Assembly: GCA_951406725.2 (NCBI GenBank)
Contig: OX597839.1
Span: 22,382,001 to 22,446,000 of the forward strand
Length of the DNA: 64,000 bases
Direction: 5' to 3'
Source: Octopus vulgaris
Taxonomy: Eukaryota
The translations under genes were made by a program, and so were the position numbers. Shown one piece after another: positions 25,115-40,733 of this stretch. Each line of letters opens with the position of its first letter. Position 1 is the first letter of the stretch. Below the pieces are notes generated by a model that did not search any database, was not told the DNA's origin, and saw nothing but the letters and a program-made list of their open reading frames with translations.

Positions 25115-25910
25115 TATGACATAAGAGAAGCATGGTTGCTTAAAAATCGCTCTACCCTCAACTGGTTGTCCCATAGAAACCTCCAGTTGTCTTCCACATC
25201 ATGTGATGCTATATCCCACTTCTATTTCGTCAAAAGCTTCAAGCAACATGTCTCTAAATCTCTGTCCCTCTGCAGGATCCTTAAGCTTCCAGACCCTTCT
25301 TCTCCATGCTGGTCGTCTTCTGGGCATCCATTTAGCCCTGATCCTGAGGCTGCTAACTACTAACCTATGTTGTGGAGTGCATTCTTCACTTGGGAAGATT
25401 TTTGGCATTCATAAGTAACCATCTTTCCCATTTCCTGGTGAGGATGTAATCAATTTGACTAGTGTGTCCACCAGATCAGTAGGTGAATAGGTGGCTGGCA
25501 GGTTTCCTGAAGTTAGTATTACAAATCATAAAATGGCACATAAAAAGCACCAATTGAACGTGGCCGATGTCAGTACCCCCAGACTGTCTCCCGTGCCGGG
25601 GGCATGTAAAAAGCACCATCCAAACACGGTCAATTCCTGGGCCACCTGACTGGTTCCCATACCGGTGGCACGTAAAAGGCACCAACTGATCGTGGTCAGT
25701 GCCAGTACCCTCTGACTGGCTCCTGTACCGATGGCACATAAAAAGCACCCACTACACTGACAGAGTGGTTGGCATTAGGAAGGGCATCCAGCTGTAGAAA
25801 CTCTGCCAGACCAAATTGGAGCCTGGTGCAGCTGCTGGCTCTCCAGACTTCAGTCCAACCCATGCCAGCATGGAAAGCGGACAATTAAATAACGATGATG
25901 GTGATGATCA
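25115..25910. mobile_element. RTE LINE fragments: endonuclease-region piece (-, 25115-25525) and 3' UTR piece (+, 25530-25910)
   Basis: EECTPQHRLVV, RVWKLKDP; 3' end matches 21435-21850. Confidence 0.75.
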
Positions 25911-26174
25911 TTTGCATCGCAGATGTATATATATAGTATATGTATGTTATATACATATGTATATATTATATGCATGTTGCATATATACATATACAAGCAT
26001 ATTACGTTATTATTATAAGATACATTATGTATAATATATGAAATGTGTATTCCACAATATAATGCAAAGACATATTTGAAGATATTTGTCCAAGATGCCA
26101 CACAGTGGGACTGAACCCAGAACCATGTGGTTGGGAAGCAATCCTTCTTTGCATATAGACATGCCTGCACTTAT

Positions 26175-26550
26175 ACCTATTTCTTTACTACCCACAAGGG
26201 GCTAAACACAGAGAGGACAAACAAGGACAGGCAAACGGATTACGCCAATTATATCGACCCCAGTGCATTCATCATCGTCATCATCATCATCGTTTAACGT
26301 CCGTTCTCCATGCTAGCATGGGTCAGACGGTTCGACCGGGGATCTGGGAAGCCAGAGGGCTGCACCAGGCTCCAGTCTTATCTGGCAATGTTTCTACAGC
26401 TGGATGCCCTTCGGTACTTATTTAATCGACCCTGAAAGGATGAAAGGCAAAGTCGACCTCGGGGGAATTTGAACTCAGAACATAGCAGCAGACGAAATAC
26501 CGCTAAGCATTTCGCCCAGGATGCTAACATTTCTTCCAGTTGTCTGCCTT
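26175..26550 (-). mobile_element. Family B SINE interrupted by a short RTE 3' fragment (26270-26411)
   Basis: identity to family B and RTE tails. Confidence 0.75.
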
Positions 26551-26584
26551 TCCTGCACTTAAACCACAACTGAATGAGTATTGC

Positions 26585-26644
26585 AAAAGATAAAGAAATA
26601 AAAACACAAAGAACAGTGGGATGTGTTTGAGTTAAAGATTTATT
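26585..26644 (-). terminator. Polyadenylation signal AATAAA with downstream U/GU-rich element
   Basis: plus-strand TTTATT at 26639-26644; followed on the minus strand by tgttctttgtgtttttatttctttatctttt. Confidence 0.6.
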
Positions 26645-28517
26645 CACATATATACAGATGGACAGACAAAATAGCAAGAAGAATAATTTACCTGAAAATT
26701 TCATTATTTTATTACATTTGTTTTGGTTGTATTTTTTTTTTTTAAAGTTTTTGTCCTTTCTCTGATTAAAAATTTGTATTTTGTGATTATTATTTTAGAA
26801 AAAAGATTTGTCTTATTCTATCTTAGAGTTGATGGAGGAGGAGAAGAGAATTGTTTGAAAAAATATTCCATATTCAGAATGAAGAAGAAAAGGGGAGAAT
26901 GGGTTGGATGTGTTGAAAGGTTAGATGTGAGAATATTCCCCTCCCGCCCAAAATGCACCCCTGTTAAAGAATGGTGAGTGGGGGAAGACTATTTGGTAAG
27001 GAATTATAACTATGGTCTTGTATCAAGAATGGAATATAGAAAAATATCATTTTATCTGGAGGAAAGAGAATGGAACTAAGATCAGCCAATATAAAATAGA
27101 ATCGGATGTGGCTGGTTTTGCTGTGTTTTTCTGTTTAATTAACCTTGTTTAACGAGTTGCGTTTGTGAATGCAACACCTGCTCATTGCTGTGGCAAGAGT
27201 GAATGTAATAAGAGGGGTTTCAATATCTAGAACACTGTGAACCCAGAGAGATTAGAGAAAGGGGCGGACTGTGTAAAATAGTCAGGGTCTATGAAATAAG
27301 CTTTCCTTGGTTATTTACAAAAAATGGCGGAAAGTGTAAAGTGGTTGCTTCCATTAAAATTGTGTTGGAGTGTAAAAGTGTAAAGAAAAGGGAAAGGACT
27401 ATATTGAAAGGGTTTTTGGGGTGCAAATGACAGCAGAATTAGAAGAAGAAGAAGAAGGTAAACGACATATACAGCACCATTTGGAAATCGGAAACAACAG
27501 CAAAATTAAAATAATTATAGTCTAATTACAGTTGAAATGGGTAATCAAATCGACGAGACAAATTAATTATATACAGCAGTGGGGAGGGAGGGAGGGGGGA
27601 GGGGAGGTTAGATTCCCTTGAAGCCGTATCATCTGAGCGGATGCTACAGCTGGCCACATTTACCGACACTTGTGTGAATGGCTGTGATTGGCTGCTTTGG
27701 AAAGCAATGGACGAATCAAGTGGGACTTGATTTAATAAGATAATTTTTGTAAGAATGGGATGTGGAGGGGGTGGGGCTGGGGGGAGGGGGGAGAAAGAAA
27801 GAAATTAAATAAATACAGGAAAAAAAAATAATACATTTTGCTCTTTTCCCTGCTCCCCCCCGCCCCCCACTATATCACTTAATTGGTTAACGAGATGAGA
27901 CTCTGGGAATAAGATGTATTAGCCAACATTCTAGATTATAATTAACACATTTATTATAATTATAAGTGTGTGTGTGTGTGTGTGTGGCCCCTACACAGAA
28001 ACGGAAGCTTCATTGTAAGACATTTTACAGAAACTAGGAACGTCTTTGTTGGGGGAAGAAAACTAAAAATGATTTTAAAGATTTCTCCCTTCACCCCCAC
28101 TCAGTATTACACTTAAATAAATGTTAAAATTAGAGAGAGAGACATGGCCCTTTTTTTTTTTATTATATATACACAAATCAGATATTTGAAAAAGTATGCA
28201 CGTAGCAGACCTGGAAGTGTAAGGAGTCTCTGCAGGTATGTACATTTTTTAAAAAATTCTTTTGTAAAGAAGAAATCTCTGATTAAAACCCCACAAAAGT
28301 AAAACAATTCAACTGAGTTTGATGTTGCGGTGATGAAGATGTTCATTAGAAACACAATGATGTCGAGTTATTATAACAACGAAATCAACAGCTGTGGTGA
28401 AAGAGTCAGGGTGGAGTGATTGTGGTTCCACTGGGGGATGTATTGCACAGAGAAGAGAGAAAGAGAGCAGCGAATGAGGGGGAAGCGAAAGAGACTAAAA
28501 AAGGGGAAAGGTTTCAT
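26620..28517 (-). other. Probable 3' UTR of the Rap1GAP-like gene
   Basis: ~1.9 kb with no recognisable transposon between the stop codon and the poly(A) signal, unlike the surrounding DNA. Confidence 0.6.
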
Positions 28518-28634
28518 TCAAACTGTAGCTTCAGTACTTGAATCGATAATGGGACATTTTCGTTTTAGTGCTGAGATTTCGTTTAGTAATTTCTTCTCGT
28601 GGTCTTTGAGTTGTCGGTTTTCTCTGAGGTGAGC
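28518..28634 (-). CDS. RAP1GAP: Rap1GAP-like terminal coding exon (AHLRENRQLKDHEKKLLNEISALKRKCPIIDSSTEATV*)
   Basis: cctctcttctctcgttccAG acceptor, phase 0, continues the coiled coil, TGA at 28520-28518. Confidence 0.82.
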   Translation of the reverse strand, partial: AHLRENRQLKDHEKKLLNEISALKRKCPIIDSSTEATV

Positions 28635-28734
28635 CTGGAACGAGAGAAGAGAGGAAAGTGGTCAGTGAAGGCACTGATTGGAGCAAAGTTCATTAACGCT
28701 ACAAACACACAGGCAGGAGTACCTTTATTATGTA

Positions 28735-29250
28735 CTAGCAGTATCGCCCGGCGTTGCTCGGGTTTGTAAGGGAAATAACTATATAAGCATTTTTAGTGAG
28801 TTATAGCAAAAAAATGCATAAAAAATGGAATAAAAAAATGATGGTAATTTTGGTGTCTTCAAGCCATGAAGTCGTTGTTCTAAAAGAACGCTGGTCTCCT
28901 TGACAATGCTTTACGACGTTGATTTCCTTACACTCCCTTCCCCACAGCTTCACGAGGGAGGGAAGAAGGGGGAGAAGCAAACAGGTGCAGGTGTGACCAT
29001 GGACGCCAACTCCGCCGCCATCGACACACGAAAAAATATGCGTTAAAATGGAAAAAAAATGATGTTAAATTATTTTTAAAATAGTAGACTCATCGTAGAC
29101 GCGCGCTCATCGCCAGTGGGGCTTGATATTGAATCACGACTATAAGATACCCGAATTTGGTTAAACTGCACCGCAAAATGTGGGAGTAGTTAGGAATCTA
29201 AATCGAAGGGGACAGACACTCACACAACTACAGTTTTATATATATATAGA
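28735..29250 (-). mobile_element. Non-autonomous Helitron
   Basis: 5' TC, 3' hairpin CCCG-N8-CGGG then CTAG, inserted between A and T; homologous to 60197-60483. Confidence 0.8.
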
Positions 29251-29430
29251 TGTGGTGAGACTGAGTGGTGAGACCCGTATGGGACGATGATTTCCCTTCA
29301 CAAGTACTGATCGGGCACTGATGACTTCCTGGGGCTCGTCCCCTTAAGGGTCAGCCACATTCAGGTGGCAAATATACTTCATGATGTCAGGCTGCGACTG
29401 TTTGCAGCTCCTTCAGAGATTTATTATTGC

Positions 29431-29732
29431 TTATATATATATATGTATATATATATGTATGTATGTATGTATGCATGTATATGTATGTATGTATGTATTT
29501 GTATATATGTATGTATATGTATATATATATATGTATGTATATATATATGTATGTATATATATATATGTATGTATATATATATATATGTATGTATATATAT
29601 ATATATGTATGTATATATATATGTATGTATGTATATATATATATATGTATGTATATATATATGTATGTATGTATATATATATATATGTATGTATATATAT
29701 ATGTATGTATGTATATATGTATGTATGTATAT

Positions 29733-29763
<31 letters not shown>

Positions 29764-30225
29764 TGTATATATATATATATGTATGTATATATATATATAT
29801 GTATGTATATATGTATATATGTATGTATATATGTATATATGTATGTATATGTATGTATGTATGTATGTATATATATATATATGTATGTATATATATATGT
29901 ATGTATATATGTATGTATGTATATATATATGTATGTATGTATATATATATATATGTATATATATATATGTATGTATATATATATGTATGTATGTATATAT
30001 ATATGTATGTATGTATATATATATGTATGTATGTATATATATATATATGTATGTATGTATATATATATATATGTATGTATGTATATATATATATATGTAT
30101 GTATGTATATATATATATATATGTATGTATATATATATATATATGTATGTATATATATATATATATGTATGTATATATATATATATGTATGTATATATAT
30201 ATATGTATGTATATATATATGTATG

Positions 30226-30256
<31 letters not shown>

Positions 30257-30577
30257 GTATGTATATATATATATATGTATGTATATATATATGTATGTAT
30301 ATATATATATATATGTATGTATATATGTATGTATGTATATATATATATATGTATGTATATATATATATATGTATGTATATATGTATGTATGTATATATAT
30401 ATATGTATGTATATATATATATGTATATATATATATGTATATATATATATGTATATATATATATGTATATATATATATGTATATATATATATGTATATAT
30501 ATATATGTATGTATATATATATATATGTATGTATATATATATGTATGTATGTATATATATGTATGTATGTATATATG

Positions 30578-30608
<31 letters not shown>

Positions 30609-30685
30609 GTATGTATGTATGTATATATATATATATATGTATGTATATATATATATATGTATGTATGTATGTATGTATATGTATG

Positions 30686-30719
<34 letters not shown>

Positions 30720-30745
30720 TATATATGTATATATATATGTATGTG

Positions 30746-30778
<33 letters not shown>

Positions 30779-30969
30779 GTATATATATATATATGTATGT
30801 ATATATATATGTATGTATGTATATATATATATGTATGTATATATATATGTATGTATATATATATGTATGTATATATATATATATGTATGTATATATATAT
30901 ATATGTATGTATATATATATGTATGTATATATATATATGTATGTATATATATATGTATGTATGTATATA

Positions 30970-31002
<33 letters not shown>

Positions 31003-31019
31003 ATGTATGTATATGTATG

Positions 31020-31053
<34 letters not shown>

Positions 31054-31077
31054 TGTATGTATATATATATGTATGTG

Positions 31078-31110
<33 letters not shown>

Positions 31111-31157
31111 GTATATATATGTATGTATATATGTATGTATGTATGTATATATGTATG

Positions 31158-31196
<39 letters not shown>

Positions 31197-31217
31197 GTAT
31201 ATATATGTATGTATATG

Positions 31218-31304
<87 letters not shown>

Positions 31305-31325
31305 GTAAGTATATATATGTATGTA

Positions 31326-31361
<36 letters not shown>

Positions 31362-31443
31362 TGTATATATGTATGTATGTATGTATATATGTATGTATAT
31401 ATGTATGTATGTATGTATATATATGTATGTATGTATGTATGTA

Positions 31444-31476
<33 letters not shown>

Positions 31477-31513
31477 ATATGTATGTATGTATGTATATAT
31501 GTATGTATGTATG

Positions 31514-31547
<34 letters not shown>

Positions 31548-31637
31548 TGTATGTATATATATGTATGTATGTATGTATATATATATGTATGTATGTATAT
31601 ATGTATATATATATATGTATGTATGTATATATGTATG

Positions 31638-31671
<34 letters not shown>

Positions 31672-31777
31672 TATATGTATATATGTATGTATGTATGTAT
31701 GTATATATGTATGTATATATGTATGTATGTATATATGTATGTATGTATATATGTATGTATGTATATATGTATGTATG

Positions 31778-31811
<34 letters not shown>

Positions 31812-31833
31812 TGTATGTATGTATGTATGTATG

Positions 31834-31867
<34 letters not shown>

Positions 31868-32207
31868 TATATGTATGTATGTATGTATATATGTATATAT
31901 GTATATATATATGTATGTATGTATATATATATGTATGTATGTATATATATATGTATGTATATATATATGTATGTATATATATATGTATGTATGTGTATAT
32001 ATGTATGTATGTGTATATATGTATGTATGTATATATATGTATGTATGTATGTATATATATATGTATGTATGTATATATATGTATGTATGTATGTATATAT
32101 ATATGTATGTATGTATATATATATATGTATGTATGTATATATGTATGTATGTATGTATGTATATATGTATGTATGTATGTATGTATATATGTATGTATGT
32201 ATGTATG

Positions 32208-32241
<34 letters not shown>

Positions 32242-32311
32242 TATATGTATGTATGTATATATGTATGTATATATGTATGTATATATGTATGTATGTATAT
32301 ATGTATGTATG

Positions 32312-32345
<34 letters not shown>

Positions 32346-32379
32346 TATATATATATGTATGTATGTATATATATGTATG

Positions 32380-32410
<31 letters not shown>

Positions 32411-32875
32411 ATATGTATGTATGTATATATGTATGTATATATGTATGTATGTATGTATATATGTATGTTTGTATGTATGTATATGTATGTATGTATATAT
32501 ATATATATGTATGTATGTATATATATATGTATATATATATGTATGTATATATATATGTATGTATATATATATGTATGTATATATATATGTATGTATATAT
32601 ATATGTATGTATGTATATATGTATGTATGTATATATGTATGTATGTATATGTATGTATGTATATGTATGTATGTATATGTATGTATGTATATATATATGT
32701 ATGTATATATGTATGTATGTATATATGTATGTATGTATATATGTATGTATGTATATATATATGTATGTATGTATATATATATGTATGTATATATGTATGT
32801 ATATATATATATATGTATGTATATATATATGTATGTATATATATATATATGTATGTATATATATATGTATGTATG

Positions 32876-32938
<63 letters not shown>

Positions 32939-33039
32939 ATATGTATGTATGTATATATGTATGTATATATGTATGTATGTATATATGTATGTATATATGT
33001 ATGTATGTATATATGTATGTATGTATATATGTATGTATG

Positions 33040-33073
<34 letters not shown>

Positions 33074-33950
33074 TGTATGTATATATGTATGTATGTATAT
33101 ATGTATGTATGTATATATGTATGTATGTATATATGTATGTATATATATATGTATGTATATATATATATGTATGTATATATGTATGTATATATATATATGT
33201 ATGTATATATATATATGTATATATGTATGTATGTATATATGTATGTATGTATATATGTATGTATATATATATGTATGTATGTATGTATGTATATATGTAT
33301 GTATGTATGTATGTATATATGTATGTATGTATGTATATATGTATGTATGTATGTATGTATATATGTATGTATGTATATATGTATGTATATATGTATGTAT
33401 GTATATATGTATGTATGTATATATGTATGTATATATGTATGTATGTATATATATATGTATGTATGTATATATATGTATGTCTTTCACCATGTGCTTCTGC
33501 TAACACCAGCCGTTTTTTTCTCTATCTCCGTTGCCCGCTCCGGGATCTTTCTTTCCTCTCTCTTCCTTCTTTATGTTTCCGACGAAGAGCTCCGCTCGAA
33601 ACGTCATACCTTCCTGCTTCCATTTCCTGAGCGCCTATTAATAATAATACTGTAATTGTTCCCTTGTTGTTGTTTTTTTGTTTCCCGTTTGGATTAAAAA
33701 TATGTATATATATATGTATATATGTATGTATGTATATATATATGTATATATATATGTATGTATGTATATATGTATATATATATGTATGTATGTATATATG
33801 TATGTATATATGTATGTATGTATATATGTATGTATGTATATATATATGTATGTATGTATATATGTATGTATGTATATATGTATGTATGTATATATATATG
33901 TATGTATGTATGTATATATATATGTATGTATGTATGTATATATATATGTA

Positions 33951-33986
<36 letters not shown>

Positions 33987-34355
33987 TGTATGTATATATA
34001 TTTATGTATGTATGTATATATATTTATGTATTGTATGTATGTATGTATGTATCTATGTATGTATGTATGTATATATATTTATGTATGTATGTATATATAT
34101 ATGTATGTATGTATATATATTTATGTATGTATGTATATATATTTATGTATGTATATATATGTATGTACGTATATATATTTATGTATGTATGTATATATAT
34201 ATGTATGTATATATATATATGTATATATATATGTATGTATATATATATGTATATATATATATGTATGTATATATATATGTATATATATATGTATATATAT
34301 ATTTATGTATATATGTATGTATGTATATATATATGTATATATATATGTATGTATG

Positions 34356-34389
<34 letters not shown>

Positions 34390-34487
34390 TGTATGTATGT
34401 ATGTATGTATGTATGTATATATGTATGTATATATGTATGTATATATGTATGTATGTATATATGTATGTATGTATATATATATGTATG

Positions 34488-34518
<31 letters not shown>

Positions 34519-34940
34519 ATATATATATGTATGTATGTATATAATGTATGTATGTACGTATGTATATATATATGTACGTATGTATGTATATATGTACGTA
34601 TGTATGTATATATGTATGTATATATATATGTATGTATATATATATGTACGTATGTATGTATATATGTATGTATATATATATGTATGTATGTATATATGTA
34701 TGTATGTATATATGTATGTATGTATGTATATAATGTATGTATGTATGTATGCATGTATGTATGTATGCATGTATGTATATATGCATGTATGTATATATGT
34801 ATGTATGTATATATGTATGTATGTATGTATATGTGTATATATGTATGTATGTATATGTATGTATGTATATGTGTATATATGTATGTATGTATATGTATTA
34901 TGTATATATATATATATATGTATGTATATATATATGTATG

Positions 34941-35025
<85 letters not shown>

Positions 35026-35086
35026 ATATATATGTATGTATATATATATATGTATGTATATATATATATGTATGTATGTATATATA

Positions 35087-35122
<36 letters not shown>

Positions 35123-35166
35123 TGTATGTATGTATATATGTATGTATGTATATATATATGTATGTA

Positions 35167-35231
<65 letters not shown>

Positions 35232-35268
35232 ATATGTATGTATGTATATATGTATGTATGTATATATG

Positions 35269-35300
<32 letters not shown>

Positions 35301-35400
35301 TGTATGTATGTATATATGTATGTATGTATATATGTATGTATGTATGTATATATGTATATATGTATGTATGTATATGTATGTATGTATATATGTATGTATG

Positions 35401-35462
<62 letters not shown>

Positions 35463-35512
35463 TATATGTATGTATGTATGTATATATGTATATATATATA
35501 TATGTATGTATG

Positions 35513-35552
<40 letters not shown>

Positions 35553-35652
35553 TGTATGTATATATATATGTATGTATATATATATGTATGTATGTATATA
35601 TATATGTATATATATATGTATATATATATGTATGTATGTATATATATATGTA

Positions 35653-35685
<33 letters not shown>

Positions 35686-35730
35686 ATATATATGTATGTA
35701 TATATATATGTATGTATATATGTATGTATG

Positions 35731-35764
<34 letters not shown>

Positions 35765-35774
35765 TGTATGTATG

Positions 35775-35810
<36 letters not shown>

Positions 35811-35966
35811 TGTATGTATGTATGTATGTATGTATGTATGTATGTATGTATGTATGTATGTATGTATGTATGTATGTATGTATGTATGTATGTATGTATG
35901 TATGTATGTATGTATGTATGTATGTATGTATGTATATATGTATGTATATATATGTATGTATGTATA

Positions 35967-35999
<33 letters not shown>

Positions 36000-36076
36000 A
36001 TATATATGTATGTATGTATATATGTATGTATATATGTATATATGTATGTATATATGTATGTATATATGTATGTATG

Positions 36077-36110
<34 letters not shown>

Positions 36111-36218
36111 TGTATGTATGTATATATATATGTATGTATGTATATGTATGTATGTATATGTATGTATGTATATGTATGTATGTATGTATATGTATGTATG
36201 TATGTATATGTATGTATG

Positions 36219-36257
<39 letters not shown>

Positions 36258-36788
36258 GTGTATATATATGTATGTGTATATATATGTATGTATGTGTATA
36301 TATATGTATGTATGTATATATATATGTATGTATGTATGTATGTATATATGTATGTATATATGTATATATATTTATGTATGTATGTATATATGTATATATA
36401 TTTATGTATATATGTATATATATTTATGTATGTATGTATATATGTATGTATGTATATATATATGTATGTATGTATATATGTATGTATGTATGTATATATG
36501 TATGTATGTATATATGTATGTATGTATATATGTATGTATGTATATATGTATGTATATATGTATGTATATATGTATGTATATATGTATGTATATGTATGTA
36601 TGTGTATGTATGTATATATGTATGTATGTATATATGTATGTATGTATATATGTATGTATGTATATATGTATGTATGTATATATGTATGTATATATGTATG
36701 TATATATGTATGTATGTATGTATATATGTATGTATGTATATATGTATGTATGTATATATGTATGTATGTATATATGTATGTATGTATG

Positions 36789-36822
<34 letters not shown>

Positions 36823-37038
36823 TGTATGTATATATGTATGTATGTATGTATATATGTATATATATATATATGTATGTATGTATATATATATGTATGTATA
36901 TATATATGTATGTATATATATATGTATGTATGTATATATATATGTATATATATATGTATATATATATGTATGTATGTATATATATATGTATATATATATG
37001 TATGTATGTATGTATGTATATATATATATGTATGTATG

Positions 37039-37072
<34 letters not shown>

Positions 37073-37170
37073 TGTATGTATGTATGTATGTATGTATGTA
37101 TGTATGTATGTATGTATATATGTATGTATGTATATATGTATGTATGTATGTATATATGTATGTATGTATG

Positions 37171-37203
<33 letters not shown>

Positions 37204-37350
37204 ATATGTATGTATGTATATATATATGTATGTATATATATATGTATGTATGTATATATATGTATGTATGTATATATATGTATGTATGTATATATATATG
37301 TATGTATGTATATATGTATGTATATATATATATGTATGTATGTATGTATG

Positions 37351-37384
<34 letters not shown>

Positions 37385-37410
37385 TGTATGTATGTATATA
37401 TGTATGTATG

Positions 37411-37444
<34 letters not shown>

Positions 37445-37556
37445 TGTATGTATGTATGTATGTATGTATATATATGTATGTATGTATGTATATGTATGTA
37501 TGTATATGTATGTATGTATATGTATGTATGTATGTATATGTATGTATGTATATATG

Positions 37557-37595
<39 letters not shown>

Positions 37596-37936
37596 GTGTA
37601 TATATATGTATGTATGTGTATATATATGTATGTATGTATATATATATATGTATGTATGTATATATATATGTATGTATGTATATATATATATGTATGTATG
37701 TATGTATGTATATATGTATGTATATATGTATATATATTTATGTATGTATGTATATATGTATATATATTTATGTATGTATGTATATATGTATATATATTTA
37801 TGTATGTATGTATATATATATGTATGTATGTATATATATTTATGTATGTATGTATATATATATATATGTATGTATGTATATATGTATATATATATGTATG
37901 TATGTATGTATGTATATATATATGTATTTATGTATG

Positions 37937-37970
<34 letters not shown>

Positions 37971-38240
37971 TGTATATATGTATGTATATATGTATGTATA
38001 TATATATGTATGTATATATGTATGTATGTATGTATATATATATATATGTATGTATGTATATATATATGTATGTATGTATATATGTATGTATATATGTATG
38101 TATATATATATGTATGTATGTATATATGTATGTATATATATATGTATGTATGTATATATATATGTATGTATGTATATATATATGTATGTATGTATATATG
38201 TATGTATGTATGTATATGTATGTATGTATGTATGTATGTA

Positions 38241-38273
<33 letters not shown>

Positions 38274-38436
38274 ATATATATATGTATATATGTATGTATG
38301 TATGTATATATGTATGTATGTATGTATATATGTATGTATGTATGTATATATGTATGTATGTATGTATGTATATATATATGTATTTATGTATATATATATG
38401 TATGTATGTATATATATATGTATGTATGTATATATG

Positions 38437-38468
<32 letters not shown>

Positions 38469-38578
38469 TGTATGTATGTATATATGTATGTATGTATATA
38501 TATATGTATGTATGTATATATATATGTATGTATGTATATATATATGTATGTATATATATATATGTATGTATGTATGTG

Positions 38579-38610
<32 letters not shown>

Positions 38611-38702
38611 TGTATGTATGTATATATGTATGTATGTATGTATGTATATATATGTATGTATGTATGTATGTATATGTATGTATATATGTATGTATGTATA
38701 TG

Positions 38703-38755
<53 letters not shown>

Positions 38756-38972
38756 GTGTATATATATGTATGTATGTGTATATATATGTATGTATGTATA
38801 TATATATGTATGTATGTATATATATATATGTATGTATATATATATGTATGTATGTATGTATATATGTATGTATATATGTATATATATTTATGTATGTATG
38901 TATATATGTATATATATTTATGTATGTATGTATATATATATGTATGTATGTATATATATTTATGTATGTATG

Positions 38973-39003
<31 letters not shown>

Positions 39004-39100
39004 ATATGTATGTATATATATATGTATATATATATGTATGTATATATCTATATATATATGTATGTATGTATGTATGTATATATATATGTATTTATGTATG

Positions 39101-39134
<34 letters not shown>

Positions 39135-39458
39135 TGTATGTATATATGTATGTATATATGTATGTATGTATATATGTATGTATGTATATATGTATGTATG
39201 TATATATGTATGTATGTATGTATATATGTATGTATGTATATATATATGTATGTATGTATATATATATGTATGTATGTATGTATATATATATGTATGTATG
39301 TATATATGTATGTATATATATATGTATGTATATATATATGTATGTATATATGTATATATATATGTATGTATGTATATATGTATGTATATATATATGTATG
39401 TATGTATATATATATGTATATATATGTATGTATGTATGTATGTATATATGTATGTATG

Positions 39459-39491
<33 letters not shown>

Positions 39492-39528
39492 GTATATATA
39501 TATGTATGTATGTATGTATATATGTATG

Positions 39529-39559
<31 letters not shown>

Positions 39560-39656
39560 ATATATGTATGTATGTATGTATATATATATATGTATGTATG
39601 TATATATATATGTATGTATGTATATATATATGTATGTATGTATATATGTATGTATG

Positions 39657-39687
<31 letters not shown>

Positions 39688-39816
39688 GTATGTATGTATA
39701 TATATATGTATGTATGTATATATATATGTATGTATGTATATATATGTATGTATGTATATATATGTATGTATGTATATATATATGTATGTATGTATATATG
39801 TATGTATATATATATG

Positions 39817-39847
<31 letters not shown>

Positions 39848-39860
39848 GTATATATATATA
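29431..39860. repeat. ~10.4 kb (TA)n/(TATG)n compound microsatellite in the last intron, interrupted at 33481-33700
   Basis: direct reading. Confidence 0.98.
33481..33700 (+). mobile_element. Short element with hammerhead-like core (33579-33605), Penelope pLTR/retrozyme-like
   Basis: CCGACGA-A-GAGC-tcc-GCTC-GAAA-CG-TC; shares ttcctgagcg with 61556-61757. Confidence 0.65.
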
Positions 39861-39869
39861 ATGATAATC

Positions 39870-40287
39870 CTTTCTACCAAAGGCACAATGCCTGACATTT
39901 TGGGGGAAGAGACTAGTTGATTACATCGACCTTAGTACACACCTAGTACTTATTTTAACGATCCCAAAAGGATGAAAGGCAAAGTTGCCCTCGGTGGAAT
40001 TTGAACTCAGAATGTAAGGAATGGATAAAATGCTGCTAAGCATTTTTCCAGATGTGCTAACCACTCTGCCAGCTTGCAAGCCTTAATAATAATTTATTTT
40101 AATAATAATAATAATAATAACTGTTTCTCCGTTACTTAACGGTTCGGCAAAAGAGACCGATAGAATAAGTACTGGGCTTACAAAAGAATAAGTCCTGGGG
40201 TCGAGTTGCTTGATTAAAGGTGGTGCTCCAGCATGGCCGCAGTCAAATGACTGAAACAAGTAAAAGAGTAAAAGAGAGTAAAAGAGT
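39870..40287. mobile_element. Family B SINE (-, 39870-40085) and family A 3' half (+, 40124-40287)
   Basis: identity to the other copies. Confidence 0.75.
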
Positions 40288-40733
40288 AACTATAGACTTA
40301 CTCCTTCCCCAAAATTTCACGTCCATTTTCCACGGTGCCTGAAATTTGGGAGGAGGGGTAAATCAATAATATTGACTCCTGCAGGATTTGAACTAACAAC
40401 ATAAAGATGAATGGAATGCAGCCCATCACGTTGCCCAGTGTGCTAACAATTCTGCCAGCAACAATAATAATATGCTTTACTTTTATAGGCACAAATCCTG
40501 ACATTTTGGGAGGTGAAGGCCAGTGGATTGGATTACAATCAATCCCAGAACAGAGAGAGTGTAGGAGATGCTAGAAATAACAACTATGGTTTGAAATCTT
40601 CCTACTTTCTTAAATATGAAAATATAACGTCAGATCGTCTTAGATATTTCTGAAACGATGGAGGGTGTGTCATGGTTGGAATGTCATAATAAATCTGTTT
40701 GATCAAGGTTTAAACAACAAGTGGTAAACTTAC

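Noticed and set aside
27580-27607. G-quadruplex-like tract in the 3' UTR region
   Set aside because: The G-runs are on the non-mRNA strand, and such tracts are unremarkable without further evidence.
29317-29345. CTGATGA hammerhead core
   Set aside because: No downstream stem II/GAAA half.
29365-39920. ORFs of 650-2065 aa (YVCM/IHTY repeats)
   Set aside because: Translations of TA/TATG microsatellite that lacks stop codons in several frames; no coding complexity.
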